Source: an uncultured Fibrobacteria bacterium
GTDB taxonomy: Bacteria > Fibrobacterota > Fibrobacteria > UBA11236
Assembly (NCBI GenBank): GCA_963716395.1
Contig: OY970309.1
Coordinates: 480,001-544,000 of the forward strand
Reading direction: 5' to 3'
DNA: 64,000 nucleotides
Below, piece after piece: positions 43,044 through 54,200 of the stretch (its first letter is position 1; each line of letters starts with the position of its first letter). The position numbers and the translations under genes were made by a program. The notes beneath the pieces were generated by a model, which was not told the DNA's origin, searched no databases, and saw nothing but the letters and a program-made list of their open reading frames with translations.

Positions 43044-44552
43044 TTAAGGGAGATTGCGCAACCACACCGGCTGCGCGTTCGGATTCAACCTGCGACCCAA
43101 CAGGGAGTAATGGGAGAGAGGCCATCGGTACCAATTGGCCGGCCGTGGTTCGGATGGGGAGAGCGAAGGCAGGATCGCCGTCGCCACATTGGGATTCTTC
43201 ATTTTATACCACATCAAGCGCGTGGGGGCCGGAATCGGATTGCGCGGCAGATCCTGATTGTTGGGCATGGTTTCCCAGCGCAAGGCGTACACGAGGGTCG
43301 GATCGACTTGGGAAACGGCCTGCTCCCAATTCACCTGCATGCCCGGATTATTCACCACTTCGAGATCAGCCGGCCAATAGGCATCGGGCAGGGTTTGCAC
43401 GGGTTGCAAGGTATTCGGGTCCAGCACCCAGACCCCCGTTTCCACCGGACCCGCGGCGCTCAGCCAGTGGTAAAACCATTGCGTCAACGTTCCGTCGGAA
43501 TTCAAAACCACCGGTCCGAATTGAACCTCCAGCACCAAGGTTCCCGTGCCGCCGAAGTCCCATTTATAGGTCCAGTGGCTGGTTTGGTGGATTTGCCATT
43601 TTCCGTTTTCCAAGCGGGCGTTGTAAATCTGCGTGTATCCATTCGCCGTGGAATCGAATTTGTGGTAGGTGACGATGGGCCGGCCTTGCGCGTCGAAACC
43701 GATTTGGCCGCGGTTGATCAAACCGCCTTGCTCCGGAACCGTGTCAATGATCACGCCGGGAGTCGAAAGGGTCACCGGCAGGGTCACCGGGGCTCCGGCC
43801 CAGGTCAGCCATTGCGTCAGGTTTTGCGTTTTCATGTAGGAGACGTCGAAGGTGGTGGAGGCGTCGGGCGTTTCCCGCCAAAACCAAAACAGGTGGTAAT
43901 AACCGTCCGGTCCGGTGACCGGTCCGGCGTTGGGAGCGCCGAGATAGGCGTTGCGCGCGCCCTGGCCGTCGAAGAGCGCGGTTCCCAATAACCGCGTCCA
44001 GGTTTTCGAGCCGGGATTCCAGCGATTGACGTATTCGTTGCCGTTGCCGCTGCCGCCGTCGCGGTACATATACAGCAATTCTCCCTGGGTGCCGCGGAAG
44101 AAAACCGGATAGGTCATCGAACTTTCCTGCGTGCCGATCATGCTTGCGATGGGTTTCAGGCTGTCGATGTTACCGGGCACGTCGGAGCGGTAATACACCA
44201 GGGGCGCCACGTGCATGTCGCCGCTGACGTGCAGCAAATTCTGGTCGTCGAGAACGGAGGTCACATAGTTGTGACTGTCCCATCCCAGTTGAGCAGACAA
44301 CTTTTTGTATTTCCACGTCGACCCGGTGCCGGGAGGCCGCATGGCTACGGTCATATATTCATTGCTGTCGTAATAGGTCGCGAAAATCGAATCGCCGGCA
44401 TTGTCGATCAGAGAAAAATCCACCGGGGTGCCGGACCAGACCGCGGAGACCAAACTGGAATCCAAAATCACCAGGCGCTGTTGGGCCGCGGACGGAAGCA
44501 AGCCCAATCCGGCGACGCAGGCGACCCAGGTGATTGATAAGAACTTGCGCAT
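43044..44552 (-). CDS. Secreted BNR-4-repeat beta-propeller protein
   Basis: Signal peptide; ATYYD, WDSHNY, LHVSGDMHV, TYPVF, YRDGGSGNG, WFWRET; short tail YSLLGRR. Confidence 0.8.
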   Translation of the reverse strand: MRKFLSITWVACVAGLGLLPSAAQQRLVILDSSLVSAVWSGTPVDFSLIDNAGDSIFATYYDSNEYMTVAMRPPGTGSTWKYKKLSAQLGWDSHNYVTSVLDDQNLLHVSGDMHVAPLVYYRSDVPGNIDSLKPIASMIGTQESSMTYPVFFRGTQGELLYMYRDGGSGNGNEYVNRWNPGSKTWTRLLGTALFDGQGARNAYLGAPNAGPVTGPDGYYHLFWFWRETPDASTTFDVSYMKTQNLTQWLTWAGAPVTLPVTLSTPGVIIDTVPEQGGLINRGQIGFDAQGRPIVTYHKFDSTANGYTQIYNARLENGKWQIHQTSHWTYKWDFGGTGTLVLEVQFGPVVLNSDGTLTQWFYHWLSAAGPVETGVWVLDPNTLQPVQTLPDAYWPADLEVVNNPGMQVNWEQAVSQVDPTLVYALRWETMPNNQDLPRNPIPAPTRLMWYKMKNPNVATAILPSLSPSEPRPANWYRWPLSHYSLLGRRLNPNAQPVWLRNLP

Positions 44553-44685
44553 AGAAATTCCGGCTCTCACCCGATGCTAAAATAACGACGGGCGGGGAAT
44601 TTCACCCTCAAAACCAACGCTGGCCAACACGCCAAATGCGAGGTCCGGCCGCCTGGGTGCGCCGGCCCACGCAAGCCATCCCCGT

Positions 44686-46152
44686 TCAAAAAACCAGCAG
44701 ACGCGCGGTGCGGGTCAAGCCGGACGCACGCAACTGCGTGAAATAAATTCCGGGCGAAACCCGATGTCCGTTGCGATCCGTAAGATCCCAAAACAAATTC
44801 TTGCTCCCGATGGAAAAGGTCCGCACGCGCTGGCCGAACACATTGAGGATGTCCAGGCGCTGGAACGAGGCGACATTGGCGAAGATTTCACCTTTCCCCT
44901 GCACCATAAACGAAATCGGATGGAGGGAAGGGGAAAGAATGCCGGTGGCCGGTTGGATGGTGTTGATCCCCGCGCTCGAATCGGCCCAAACCCAGGTGGG
45001 TCCGCTGATCCGCAGCCGTAAAGTTTGGGTGGGTTCGTTGGGCACGGTCCAATTGTAGGAGCCGGTGTTGGGAACCGAATCCGCGATGGTCTCCCAACCC
45101 GTACCCGTATTGTATTCCAGATTGACCTTGGAAAAATCGGCGGTCCCGAGGCTGCGCCATTTGATGGCGTAAACCGCTTGCGCCTTCAGGGTCTCGCCGG
45201 AATCCGGGTGATCCAGGAAAAGGCGATGCAGAAAATTCGCGGTTTCGGGCGTGCTGGGAGGAAGCTCCATGATTTCCCAGTGGCGGAAATTGATCACCGC
45301 TCCTTCGGATTGCAAACCGATGGCCCCGTGATCATAGGGCCCATCGGGGGTTCCGTTTTGCTGATCGTTGAAGATGCGGATATTCCAAAGTTTGAACACC
45401 AAGGTATCGTTGATGAAGTAATAGGCGGTGTCGGATCCGCGCGTCACGAGCTCATATTTGAGCCAGCGCGTTTGGCCGTTCGAACCGTTGGAAATGAGAG
45501 GCGTGGCGCTGTAATTGCGGGCGTTGCAACCATGTTCGCAGGCCTGGACGGTGGTGCCGCCGGTGGGTGCGTAATTGTTGCCGTTGACCCGGGTTGTGAA
45601 CGTCACTTGTTGGATGGAGTAGGCGCCCCCCGCATCCTGCTGTTGCATTTGAAACTCGATGGAGCGGGGCCAATTATTACTCATGCGGATCACGCTTTCG
45701 TCGGTATGAAAGGTCATGCCCGAATTGTTGCCTCCCGCCAGCTGATCGAATTTTTGCCAAACCCGCACCCGGTAGTGGCTGTAGGAGGTTTTATCCGTGC
45801 CGATATTGCCGTCCGGCGAAGTGGCGGTCACACGGATGGTCGCCGTGTCGGTTCCGGTGTAGAGCAACTGCCAAGGCGAGCCCGGGGGATGCGTGATGGT
45901 GCCCGGATTTCCCCAATCCCGTCCATAAATGCCCGTCCAATCAGTGCCGTTGAACAATGGCACCCAGCCGGAATCGGCGGCGGTAAAAGTCTGAGCGCGC
46001 GCCGGATAGGCCAGTAGGCACACGGCCGCGAAGAATCCAAAGATCCACCGGCTTCCGTTCGCGCTCAGGAGGGAACGGGGGTGAGCAAAGGGAGACGAAG
46101 CTGCGACCATTATTTTCCTCATTTTGGCTGGGTGGCTGTGAAAGAGATGCAT
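44686..46152 (-). CDS. Secreted DUF1080 protein with Ig-like domain and FlgD/CTD-like tail
   Basis: GWVPLFNG, NNSG, WPRSIEFQM, GAIGLQSEGAVINFR; Ig-like PNTGSYNWTVP; WDLTDRNGHRVSPGIYF. Start uncertain (46152, 46122 or 46110). Confidence 0.8.
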   Translation of the reverse strand: MHLFHSHPAKMRKIMVAASSPFAHPRSLLSANGSRWIFGFFAAVCLLAYPARAQTFTAADSGWVPLFNGTDWTGIYGRDWGNPGTITHPPGSPWQLLYTGTDTATIRVTATSPDGNIGTDKTSYSHYRVRVWQKFDQLAGGNNSGMTFHTDESVIRMSNNWPRSIEFQMQQQDAGGAYSIQQVTFTTRVNGNNYAPTGGTTVQACEHGCNARNYSATPLISNGSNGQTRWLKYELVTRGSDTAYYFINDTLVFKLWNIRIFNDQQNGTPDGPYDHGAIGLQSEGAVINFRHWEIMELPPSTPETANFLHRLFLDHPDSGETLKAQAVYAIKWRSLGTADFSKVNLEYNTGTGWETIADSVPNTGSYNWTVPNEPTQTLRLRISGPTWVWADSSAGINTIQPATGILSPSLHPISFMVQGKGEIFANVASFQRLDILNVFGQRVRTFSIGSKNLFWDLTDRNGHRVSPGIYFTQLRASGLTRTARLLVF

Positions 46153-46204
46153 AAACCTAATGTCATTCCGTTTGCCAGTGGGACGATTCGCCGCAGACCG
46201 GGGA

Positions 46205-47746
46205 TCAATCCAGCAGCGCGGCGTTATGGGCGAGATAAAGAATCTTCGCACTGTTGGTGACTCTGCCGGCATGGCTGATCTTCAACAGGTAAAGCCCTTC
46301 GGGTTGGTTCACGAGATCGAAGCGTTGGGTATAGGTTTCACCGGATCGGGTCTGAATGTGGATGGCCTGCACGAGTCTTCCCTTGAGATTAAAAAGCCGC
46401 GCCGATATTGGGCCGCTTGCGCGTGCGGTGAATTGGATCTGCAAGGCCGATCCGCTGACAGACACCTTGGCGGTGGAAAGCCCTCCCGCTTCCGCATTCT
46501 TCACTGCGGAGGATGTGCTGTCGACATTCACGACCAAAGTGGTCACGCTCTGGGCGGGCAGGGAGTAGGTGAACGAATTCCCCGTCGGGGTTAAGCTCGC
46601 ATCGGCGACGAGGTTCCGGGTGGCGTCGGTCACCCAAGGCGTCACTTTGAGGGCGGAGGCATTGGAGATGGTGAAGGCCTGAGAAGTCGCGGAAGTGTTG
46701 GTATTCGCGGCCACGATGACGACGTGGTCGGCTTGCGCGCCATAGTAGGCCGATATGGTGATCCCAGTCGCGGGCGCGGCGGTGGCACCGATGCGGACGT
46801 AGCCGGGTCGAACGAACCGGCTGTAATTTCCCATCACCCACAGCCGCTTGCTCGGTTGATTCGTGTTCTTGTCCCACAGGGCGCCATTATCATTGCAGCA
46901 GGGATAAACCCACCAGAAATGCCAGGCATTCATGTTGGCGATGGTCAGCGCCTGATGGATCAGGTTGGCCACCCGCAAGGCGCTGCCCATGCCCGGGTCC
47001 TCGTTGTTATCCGTATCGTAGATCTCGGTTTCCCAGAATCGCTTGCCGGCCTGGGCGATTTGAGGATAGGCCGCCGGGCTGCCGCCGTATTCGTGGGTCG
47101 CGACAATCGAGGTGTATTTCCAGGCATCGGCGTTGTTCTGCAACGAAGTCAAATAAGAACCGATGCCGTACCAGTTCTCCGTCTCCGGAGCCATCAGCTT
47201 GGTATCGGTACCGGCCAGGGCCGGTCCCAAATAGCTACCCACCCATGTCGCCATCTGATCGGCCGTATAGGAAGTCGTGTTGTTCGCGCCCTTGCTGTCC
47301 GGTTCATTCTCCGCGGAGAGGGCATAAATCGGCACTCCCGCATTTTTCATGGTCGTCAAGAAGCTCACGAGGGTGTTGGCCCAATCTTGCGGGTTGGTGA
47401 GCGTCGGCGGACTGCCGGTGACATCCGCAGCCTTTACCTCCCAAGGTGCCGCCCAGACCTTGACGCCATGGGCCACCGCGAGCTTGGCGATATTGGTCTC
47501 GCTGGTCGTGCCGCCGCTGATGTGAATGCGATGCAGCGAAAGCCCGGCGCCGGTCGTAGTATCCCACAACAGGTCGGCATCGGTGGCGCTCATCGAGGAG
47601 CCCCACGCCGTCGAGGCGCCGAATCCATCGATCGTCTGGTAGTGCGTGTTGACATCCACCGCAACCGTCGCCCCCAAGGCATGACCGGCAACCAACGCTG
47701 CGGTCAAAGCGACTTCAGTTGTCAAAGCTGAGACAACACCCCTCAT
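46205..47746 (-). CDS. Secreted GH30 xylanase-like glycoside hydrolase with CTD-like tail
   Basis: QTIDGFGAS, WAAPW, acid/base ENEPD, nucleophile WETE, NAWHFWW, GNYSRFVRPG, SLPAQSVTT; GAGG RBS. Confidence 0.9.
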   Translation of the reverse strand: MRGVVSALTTEVALTAALVAGHALGATVAVDVNTHYQTIDGFGASTAWGSSMSATDADLLWDTTTGAGLSLHRIHISGGTTSETNIAKLAVAHGVKVWAAPWEVKAADVTGSPPTLTNPQDWANTLVSFLTTMKNAGVPIYALSAENEPDSKGANNTTSYTADQMATWVGSYLGPALAGTDTKLMAPETENWYGIGSYLTSLQNNADAWKYTSIVATHEYGGSPAAYPQIAQAGKRFWETEIYDTDNNEDPGMGSALRVANLIHQALTIANMNAWHFWWVYPCCNDNGALWDKNTNQPSKRLWVMGNYSRFVRPGYVRIGATAAPATGITISAYYGAQADHVVIVAANTNTSATSQAFTISNASALKVTPWVTDATRNLVADASLTPTGNSFTYSLPAQSVTTLVVNVDSTSSAVKNAEAGGLSTAKVSVSGSALQIQFTARASGPISARLFNLKGRLVQAIHIQTRSGETYTQRFDLVNQPEGLYLLKISHAGRVTNSAKILYLAHNAALLD

Positions 47747-47961
47747 CCCTTAACCCTCCTCGTGGGATTTTAGCGAACCGGCCCTCGTCAAATGATATAG
47801 CGGAAGTGCCCGGATCACATGAGAAATCCCCGTTCGAGTAGCCTCCTTTTCGTTTTTTGCCTTCCCTGAGCTCTTCGCTCCTTGAACGGCCCCGTCCAGG
47901 AGCCGGCCGCATAATTCCCGCATTTTCCGGCACGAGGAATGTTAGGGTTCCGCCGCATGCG

Positions 47962-49527
47962 CTAAAATACTCCCCACCCCATGCGCAGGGAGGCACGGGT
48001 ACCGCCTGAATACGATCCGGAGGGGCTTCCGCCGGAGGTAATTTGGCCTTCGCCTGCAAGGCGGCGAAATTCCACGCGTATCGGAACCGCTTGCGCGGCC
48101 GAAGCTTCCACGAAGGTCCGGCCCCAATGTGCCGTCAGTCCCAATTCCGGCGTCATGAATTGGGCGCGCACTCCGGGAAAATCCTGGCTGTAATCGTCCA
48201 AGGTGTAACCGATGAGGAACTCGGAATTTTTTTTCGTCAAGGTTCCGAAGGCTTCGAGGTCGACAACGCTGTAATCCAAGCCCGCTTTCCACCGCCAATG
48301 CGCCGTAGTTCGGGCCATCCAGGCCCCGGTTGTCCATTGGCGCAAATAAAGGTTTCCGTTGAATAGCCAGGTTTGCGAATCGAATAGATCCAAAACGTTT
48401 CCCGCATAGGAGTCGAGCACGCCGTTGCGATCCCAGAAATATTTTCCGTAGGCGGCTTGCGGCCGAAAGGCGTCCCAATCCAGGCGCGAGATTCCCGCGA
48501 AGCCTCCGCTTTCCCATGGGCCTTTTCCGGCCCGCACATCGATGCGGGCGTCGCCATCGCGGTTTTGGCCTTGCTCATAGCCGAATTGATACAGGTTATC
48601 GGTGCTGCGGATGCCCCGAAAAACATGCTCCCCGTAGGTCTGTTCCCATTTTCCGGAGGCGCGCCAATGCCCCCGCGATCCGGAATCGGCCCAGGCCAGA
48701 CTCGCGGTGTTTTCCCAAACGCGTCCGCTGTCGGATAAGCTATAGAGAATGCCTTCGGTGTTGGGAAGATTCAATACCCGCAAGCGCCCGGACCAGGCCG
48801 CCTCCAGCGGCCCGTACTTCCACCCCACCGACGCGGCGTGAAAATCCTCCCGTAACACAAAAGGTACGGACAGGACCCGGTAATCCTCCAGCTTCAGCAT
48901 CACGGGAAACGCCGTGCCTTCGGTCCCCGTGGCCAGCGACCACGACACCCCGAAGCCGGCGTGTCCTTGCAAGGCCAGGGCATTTTCCCAGCCGCCTTCC
49001 GAATTCCAGCCGGCGGCCACGTAAGGGACCAGTCGCGGAATCAGGGGAACCGAGATCGAGGTCTGCGATTCCCAGGCGGCGCCTCCCGGATCGACGTAAA
49101 GCGAAGTGTCGCCGAGGCGACGATCCCAACGGATTCGTTGTAACGTGCTGCGGATGTCCAGCCCCGCGACGGGCTGCAAACGCAAAGCGAGTCCCGACGA
49201 CAGGGCGCCTTCGGCAACGGCAAAGCCGCCGGTTTTGCGGAGCAGATCCTCATCGTTCAGAGTAACGGCCGCCGACACCGGCGGGCCGACGGGTTTCGGC
49301 CCGGAAACGCACTCCGCGTCCTCGCGCGCTAGGCCGGGAATCGCATCCACCAGGTTTTCCCCGGAGCAGGGATCGGAGGGCATCCAGATTTGGCGATCGA
49401 GATCGAGACCCGTCACCGACTGGAACAGATCTTCCCAAGCCTGGGCCGGGTGAACCCCCGCCAGCACGGCGGGCAGAAAAAAAAAGAGGCGGGCCCGCAG
49501 CCCGCCTCTTTTGCAGACCTCGGTCAT
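47962..49527 (-). CDS. Hypothetical secreted protein, probable outer-membrane beta-barrel
   Basis: Signal peptide ending AQA; alternating aromatic/Gly strands; C-terminus SLRMGWGVF. Confidence 0.6.
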   Translation of the reverse strand: MTEVCKRGGLRARLFFFLPAVLAGVHPAQAWEDLFQSVTGLDLDRQIWMPSDPCSGENLVDAIPGLAREDAECVSGPKPVGPPVSAAVTLNDEDLLRKTGGFAVAEGALSSGLALRLQPVAGLDIRSTLQRIRWDRRLGDTSLYVDPGGAAWESQTSISVPLIPRLVPYVAAGWNSEGGWENALALQGHAGFGVSWSLATGTEGTAFPVMLKLEDYRVLSVPFVLREDFHAASVGWKYGPLEAAWSGRLRVLNLPNTEGILYSLSDSGRVWENTASLAWADSGSRGHWRASGKWEQTYGEHVFRGIRSTDNLYQFGYEQGQNRDGDARIDVRAGKGPWESGGFAGISRLDWDAFRPQAAYGKYFWDRNGVLDSYAGNVLDLFDSQTWLFNGNLYLRQWTTGAWMARTTAHWRWKAGLDYSVVDLEAFGTLTKKNSEFLIGYTLDDYSQDFPGVRAQFMTPELGLTAHWGRTFVEASAAQAVPIRVEFRRLAGEGQITSGGSPSGSYSGGTRASLRMGWGVF

Positions 49528-49568
49528 TTCACAACGCGATCCGCCTTGCTTCCGGGAAGGGAAAGGCC

Positions 49569-51050
49569 TTATTTCGTTCCCAGCAGGGAGAGGGCGAAAT
49601 TCTCGCTCATCAAGCCGGAGACCGAGGCCTTGGGCAAGGGACCTTGCCCGGCTTCGGCCTCTTTCAGAACGATGGCCCAGACCTTGTCCTCGGTGCCGCC
49701 CGGCAGAAAACCCTGAAAGGTGGGATCTTGCCAGTGAATAATGGGTTTGAGTTGCGCGATTACATCGGCGGCGGGCGTATTCAAGGAATCCGCCTGATTC
49801 AGAATATCGCTGACGGTTTTGAGATTGCCGGTTTCGTTGGCCGCGGCGTCGGTGAAATAAATCACGGGTTTGTCCGCGCTCCAATCGCCGACATCGTAAA
49901 AGTTGTAATAGGGCAGCAGCTTCTTATAATCCTGCACGTTGAAATAGGCCGCGAAGTTCACCAAGATGGTGGTGTCTCCCACCGACACGGAATACGGCTG
50001 CGTCATGTATTTCTGCACCGAGTCCACCCCCGTCACGGCCTGGCTCAAATCCCCGCTTTCGATGCAATCGCTGCCCAGTCCCGTGCCGGGGCACACATGC
50101 AATAAATAATCGGGATCGGTTTGGGCCTCCACCGCGGCCAACCCGTTTTGCAGCACGGCCAGGGCGTCGTTGATTTCACCATCCACGCCGGCGAGTTTGG
50201 CCTGCCAGGCCGGCCGCACGGCCAGGAACGGAGATCCGGGTTTGAGCAGGCCGGTCAGGGTGTTGATGGCGTCTTTTTGCGACTGCGGCAAGGTGGAGAA
50301 GTCACTGACCTGCGACAGGCTGTCTACCCCCATGCTGTCGAGTACGCGCAAATAATCGTACGACCCGCTGTCGTCGATATCGTAATCATAAGCGAGCAGC
50401 AAGGTGGAGAGGGCATGGGTCGTCTTGAATCCCGCCAGCAGCACGGCGATTTCGGCGTGCCCCAATTTGCGGGCCGAACTGTCGATGGTCAAGGTCATGG
50501 AGAAATTGGGATCGTTGTACACATCCGTGAGTTTGGCGATGGCATCCTCCAAGGCCGGCAGCAGGATGGCCGCCACGCTGTCTTGGATTTGATGGAACTC
50601 CGGAATGGTATCCTGCGCCGCCACGGCCCGCACCACGGCGAGACGGGCCAGGGGGGCTTGCTTCGGCAATTCGAGATTGAGGGGAGATCCGGCGTCTACC
50701 GTATGATTGATTTGATTGCTGATGCCGGGGCTTTGCGCCGCCAACAAGACCCCGGTGAGAGCGGCTCCCACCTTGGCTTGTTCGTTGCCGGGATTGAGTT
50801 GCAAGGCGTGTTGGAAATCGGCGTTGGAGTTTTTCAAAGAGGTCAAATCCTCTTTGCCGTATTGGAATTGGGAAATATTGCTGAGATCCGTAACGGTGCC
50901 GCTCAATTCCGCGTTGGCCTGGTTCACGGCGGCATCGGAGGCGTTTTGATCGGCGGTCGAAGGTCCGTTGCTGGAACTGATGCAACCGTAAAGGCAAAGA
51001 AAACCTGCGGCAGCGATCGCCCAGGTTAAGGGTGTTCGGATCATCGGCAT
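49569..51050 (-). CDS. Hypothetical acidic, helical lipoprotein
   Basis: Lipobox LYG-C followed by a Ser-rich linker; TPR-like FQHALQLNPGNEQAKVG; AGGAG RBS. Confidence 0.75.
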   Translation of the reverse strand: MPMIRTPLTWAIAAAGFLCLYGCISSSNGPSTADQNASDAAVNQANAELSGTVTDLSNISQFQYGKEDLTSLKNSNADFQHALQLNPGNEQAKVGAALTGVLLAAQSPGISNQINHTVDAGSPLNLELPKQAPLARLAVVRAVAAQDTIPEFHQIQDSVAAILLPALEDAIAKLTDVYNDPNFSMTLTIDSSARKLGHAEIAVLLAGFKTTHALSTLLLAYDYDIDDSGSYDYLRVLDSMGVDSLSQVSDFSTLPQSQKDAINTLTGLLKPGSPFLAVRPAWQAKLAGVDGEINDALAVLQNGLAAVEAQTDPDYLLHVCPGTGLGSDCIESGDLSQAVTGVDSVQKYMTQPYSVSVGDTTILVNFAAYFNVQDYKKLLPYYNFYDVGDWSADKPVIYFTDAAANETGNLKTVSDILNQADSLNTPAADVIAQLKPIIHWQDPTFQGFLPGGTEDKVWAIVLKEAEAGQGPLPKASVSGLMSENFALSLLGTK

Positions 51051-51262
51051 AGGTTTTCTCCTGAATCGGGTACTAAATAGCGGGAATTGTAACTGGTCTA
51101 GGATAGACTAATCGAGGCCTTTTCGCAATCCTCCCCATTCCCGCTGGCTTTTTTCGAAGAATAATTGAGCCGCTGCTTGCCCGCATCGGATCGACCGCCA
51201 CAAATTCTTGGGGAAATTCAGGTGCGCCGGGAAAAACTCATCGGCGTCCTGGGAGCCCGAAC

Positions 51263-54200
51263 CTAATCCTCGCGGACAATTCCCCAGATCTCCGTGCGGG
51301 AATACGGCATGACCGTGTTGTTCACGATAATTTGGTAGTGGATGCGGGCGATGTAAGCTCCGGTTCCAATACGCTCACCGTGTTTGGAAGTGTAATTCCA
51401 ACCGATGAAAACGTAGCCGCGGTGCAAGGTGCAATCGCCTTCAAAGATCGCGTCGGTGCATTTGATCTCCCCGCTGCCCGAGTTCACGTAGGCGCCCAGA
51501 TTGGTGAAGTAAGCCACGTCGTAATCGAGACGGACGTTGGAGATGTCGACCGAGGTGAAATCATCATGGATCAGATAGTCCGCCAAATCGGTTTTGATCA
51601 AATGGCCCATGCGGCCCGTACGCGTTTCGATGGATCGCGCGGAATCCGTCAACTCGGCGCGGATGGGAAGGATGGCCGGGGCCAAACGCAACGCTTCGGG
51701 AATTTCCACGCCCCGATTCAAGGTGACGGTTTCCAGGGTGGAAAGGGTGGTTCCGGTAATGGCCCGGTAGCGGGCATTCGCTCCGGCGACGTTACCGCCG
51801 GCATCCGCCACGCCTCCCGGCCCCGGGGCGATGCGCACCAGGTCGCCCGGAATGGGAGCCGGGGTTTGCCCCGGTGCATAGCCCAACAAGGCGATGGAAT
51901 CGCCCGCGCCCCAGCTCAGCGATTGCGGCGGCATGAATTGCCCGGCGCTGTCGAGGGCGGTCTTGAACTGAAAAAGATTTCCCATGGGAGATTGCAGGGC
52001 GTTCGTCGCAATCCCCTCGCTCAACACCACCCTTAAAGTATCCATGGTGTTACCCGGGAGCAGTTCCGCGGACAGAACGATGGGGGCCATGCGATCCTGA
52101 ATCGGAACCGATTGCGTCGAATCTTTTCCGCGCGCCGGATACGTGAACTTGAAGGTTCCGGCGCCCGAGGTTTGTACGGCCGCCGTGAAAACCCCTTTAA
52201 ACGTCAGGGTGTTTCCGGACGCCCCGCTATCCAAATCGGCGGCCAGGTTGGCCTGCGTAACCACCACGGGGCTGGCAGCACCCGGCCACTGGTACGACAC
52301 CTGCTTCGGCAAATCCGCGGCGATGGAGCTGTCAAAGGTGACGGAAATCCGATCGGCGATGCCGTCGGCATTGTCGTCGTAAACTCCCGCCGCCACCACC
52401 TTGGGCAAAATGATGGGAGGCAGGCGAAACGTCAAGGTTACCTGTTTGGCCGAACCCAGGGTGTTCATTTTGTAGGTGGAGTCGGTCAAGGCGTTGGGAT
52501 CGCCGGTGGCCCATAAAGTGTCGAAGCCCGTGGCTTTGGTGGTCAATATCGCCAGATTGGCCACGGGTGTGGTTTTGGCTTGGTCATGGTATACCAGCAA
52601 TCCCGGTGGAATCACGATTTGGTAGGCGGACGCGGCCGAATCCACCACGGCCCCGTTCCAGTTTTCCGCGACCACCGGAACCAAGGTTCCAATGGAGGTG
52701 TCCACCACGGCCGGCACCAATTCCACGAAGTTATGCGCCGACACGGTGAACGTGATTTGCGCCAGCACCTTGGTGTTGGTCGGTTCGTAGGTGACGATGC
52801 GGTAGGTTCCGGGGGCCAGTCCCCGGATTTTGGAAGTATCCACGTAAATATTCGGGGTACTGATGCGGATGCCGCCGAAGGTGACCGAATCGGTCAGGTT
52901 TTGAATCGCGGTGGAACTGTTCACAGGATACAAGGTGTAGACCAAGGACGCAGGCGCCGATTCGGTCACCAAAGAATCGGCGGAACTCTCGCAAGACCCC
53001 GTACCTCCGTTGCGCTTGAACACCGTATACAGAATGCTTCCGTCGGGTTGCAGCACGCCCGGCTTCACATCCAATTCATGCAACTGATTGAAGTAAATGG
53101 AGGTTTTGATGAGCAGGCTGGACGCGCATTTTTGTCGTTCACAGTAAAAGAAGTCCCAATTGTATTTCTGACCCGGGGTCAGTCCCTGCTGATCCAAATC
53201 GATGCTGCCCGGCAAGTCGACATGCCTTCCGCCCAAATCCAAGGCCAGCTTATTGTTGATGAACACCCATACGTCGTCGTCGCCCCGGAACTGAAAAACC
53301 TGGCCGGGCTTGTAGATGAAGGTGGCATGCGTTTCCATGCAAAAGCCGAAGTTGTGGGCTAACGAATCGGCCGGGGGCCAGCCTCCCCCACTCCGACTAT
53401 CATAACAGGCGCCCGTATCGTTTGCATCCAATTTATTGAAGTCGTCGATGGGGAAAAATGAGTGGTTGGAATTGTTGTACGAGTCGTATTGCCATTCTCC
53501 GTTGCCGGCTTTTCCCATGGGTAAATCGACACAGGTTTGATACCCCTTGTACGGCATGGGAATGGTGCTGTCGGAATTGAACCAGGTTTGAAAATGGGAT
53601 TGCGCGAGCGTAGTGGCGGTGGGCACGGGTTTCTGATCCGCGCCGAGTTGGTTTTCCACCATTCCCAAAGTCGGGCCATTCCCGCCGTTCCCAACGGATC
53701 CGGGACCATAATCAGGATTGTAATGCGCGGACATGTCATGCACCGTGGCGGCCATGAGGTATGAGCAAATCCCCTCGATATTCGGAAATGCGGCGGTGAT
53801 AGTTCCGTTTTCGGAATTTATCCACAACTCGTTTCCGTATTTGGCAAAGGCGGCGGTCAAGTCGATGGGCGACTTATCTCCATATCCGGCTTTCCCCCAG
53901 GTGGAATCCGGGCTGCTGACGCTGATGAAATAGGCGCCCACGGTATCCGATGTCAAAATGTATTGGCTGAACCAGTTGCAATGTCCCTGATCAAGCAGCA
54001 TGGAATCCGTTTTCCCGTTGATCACGATTTCCGGACCGTCCAACGGCCAAGGATTCAAGATGTGCACCAATTCAGGGGCATGCGTTAAAATCAAGGGCGC
54101 GGCCGAATCGGGTCCGCTGGGATCGGTGATGATCCAGATTTCACTCGCGCCTTGAAAATCGGCGATACTGAAGGTCGAGTTGGTTCCGAAGCCGTTCTTC

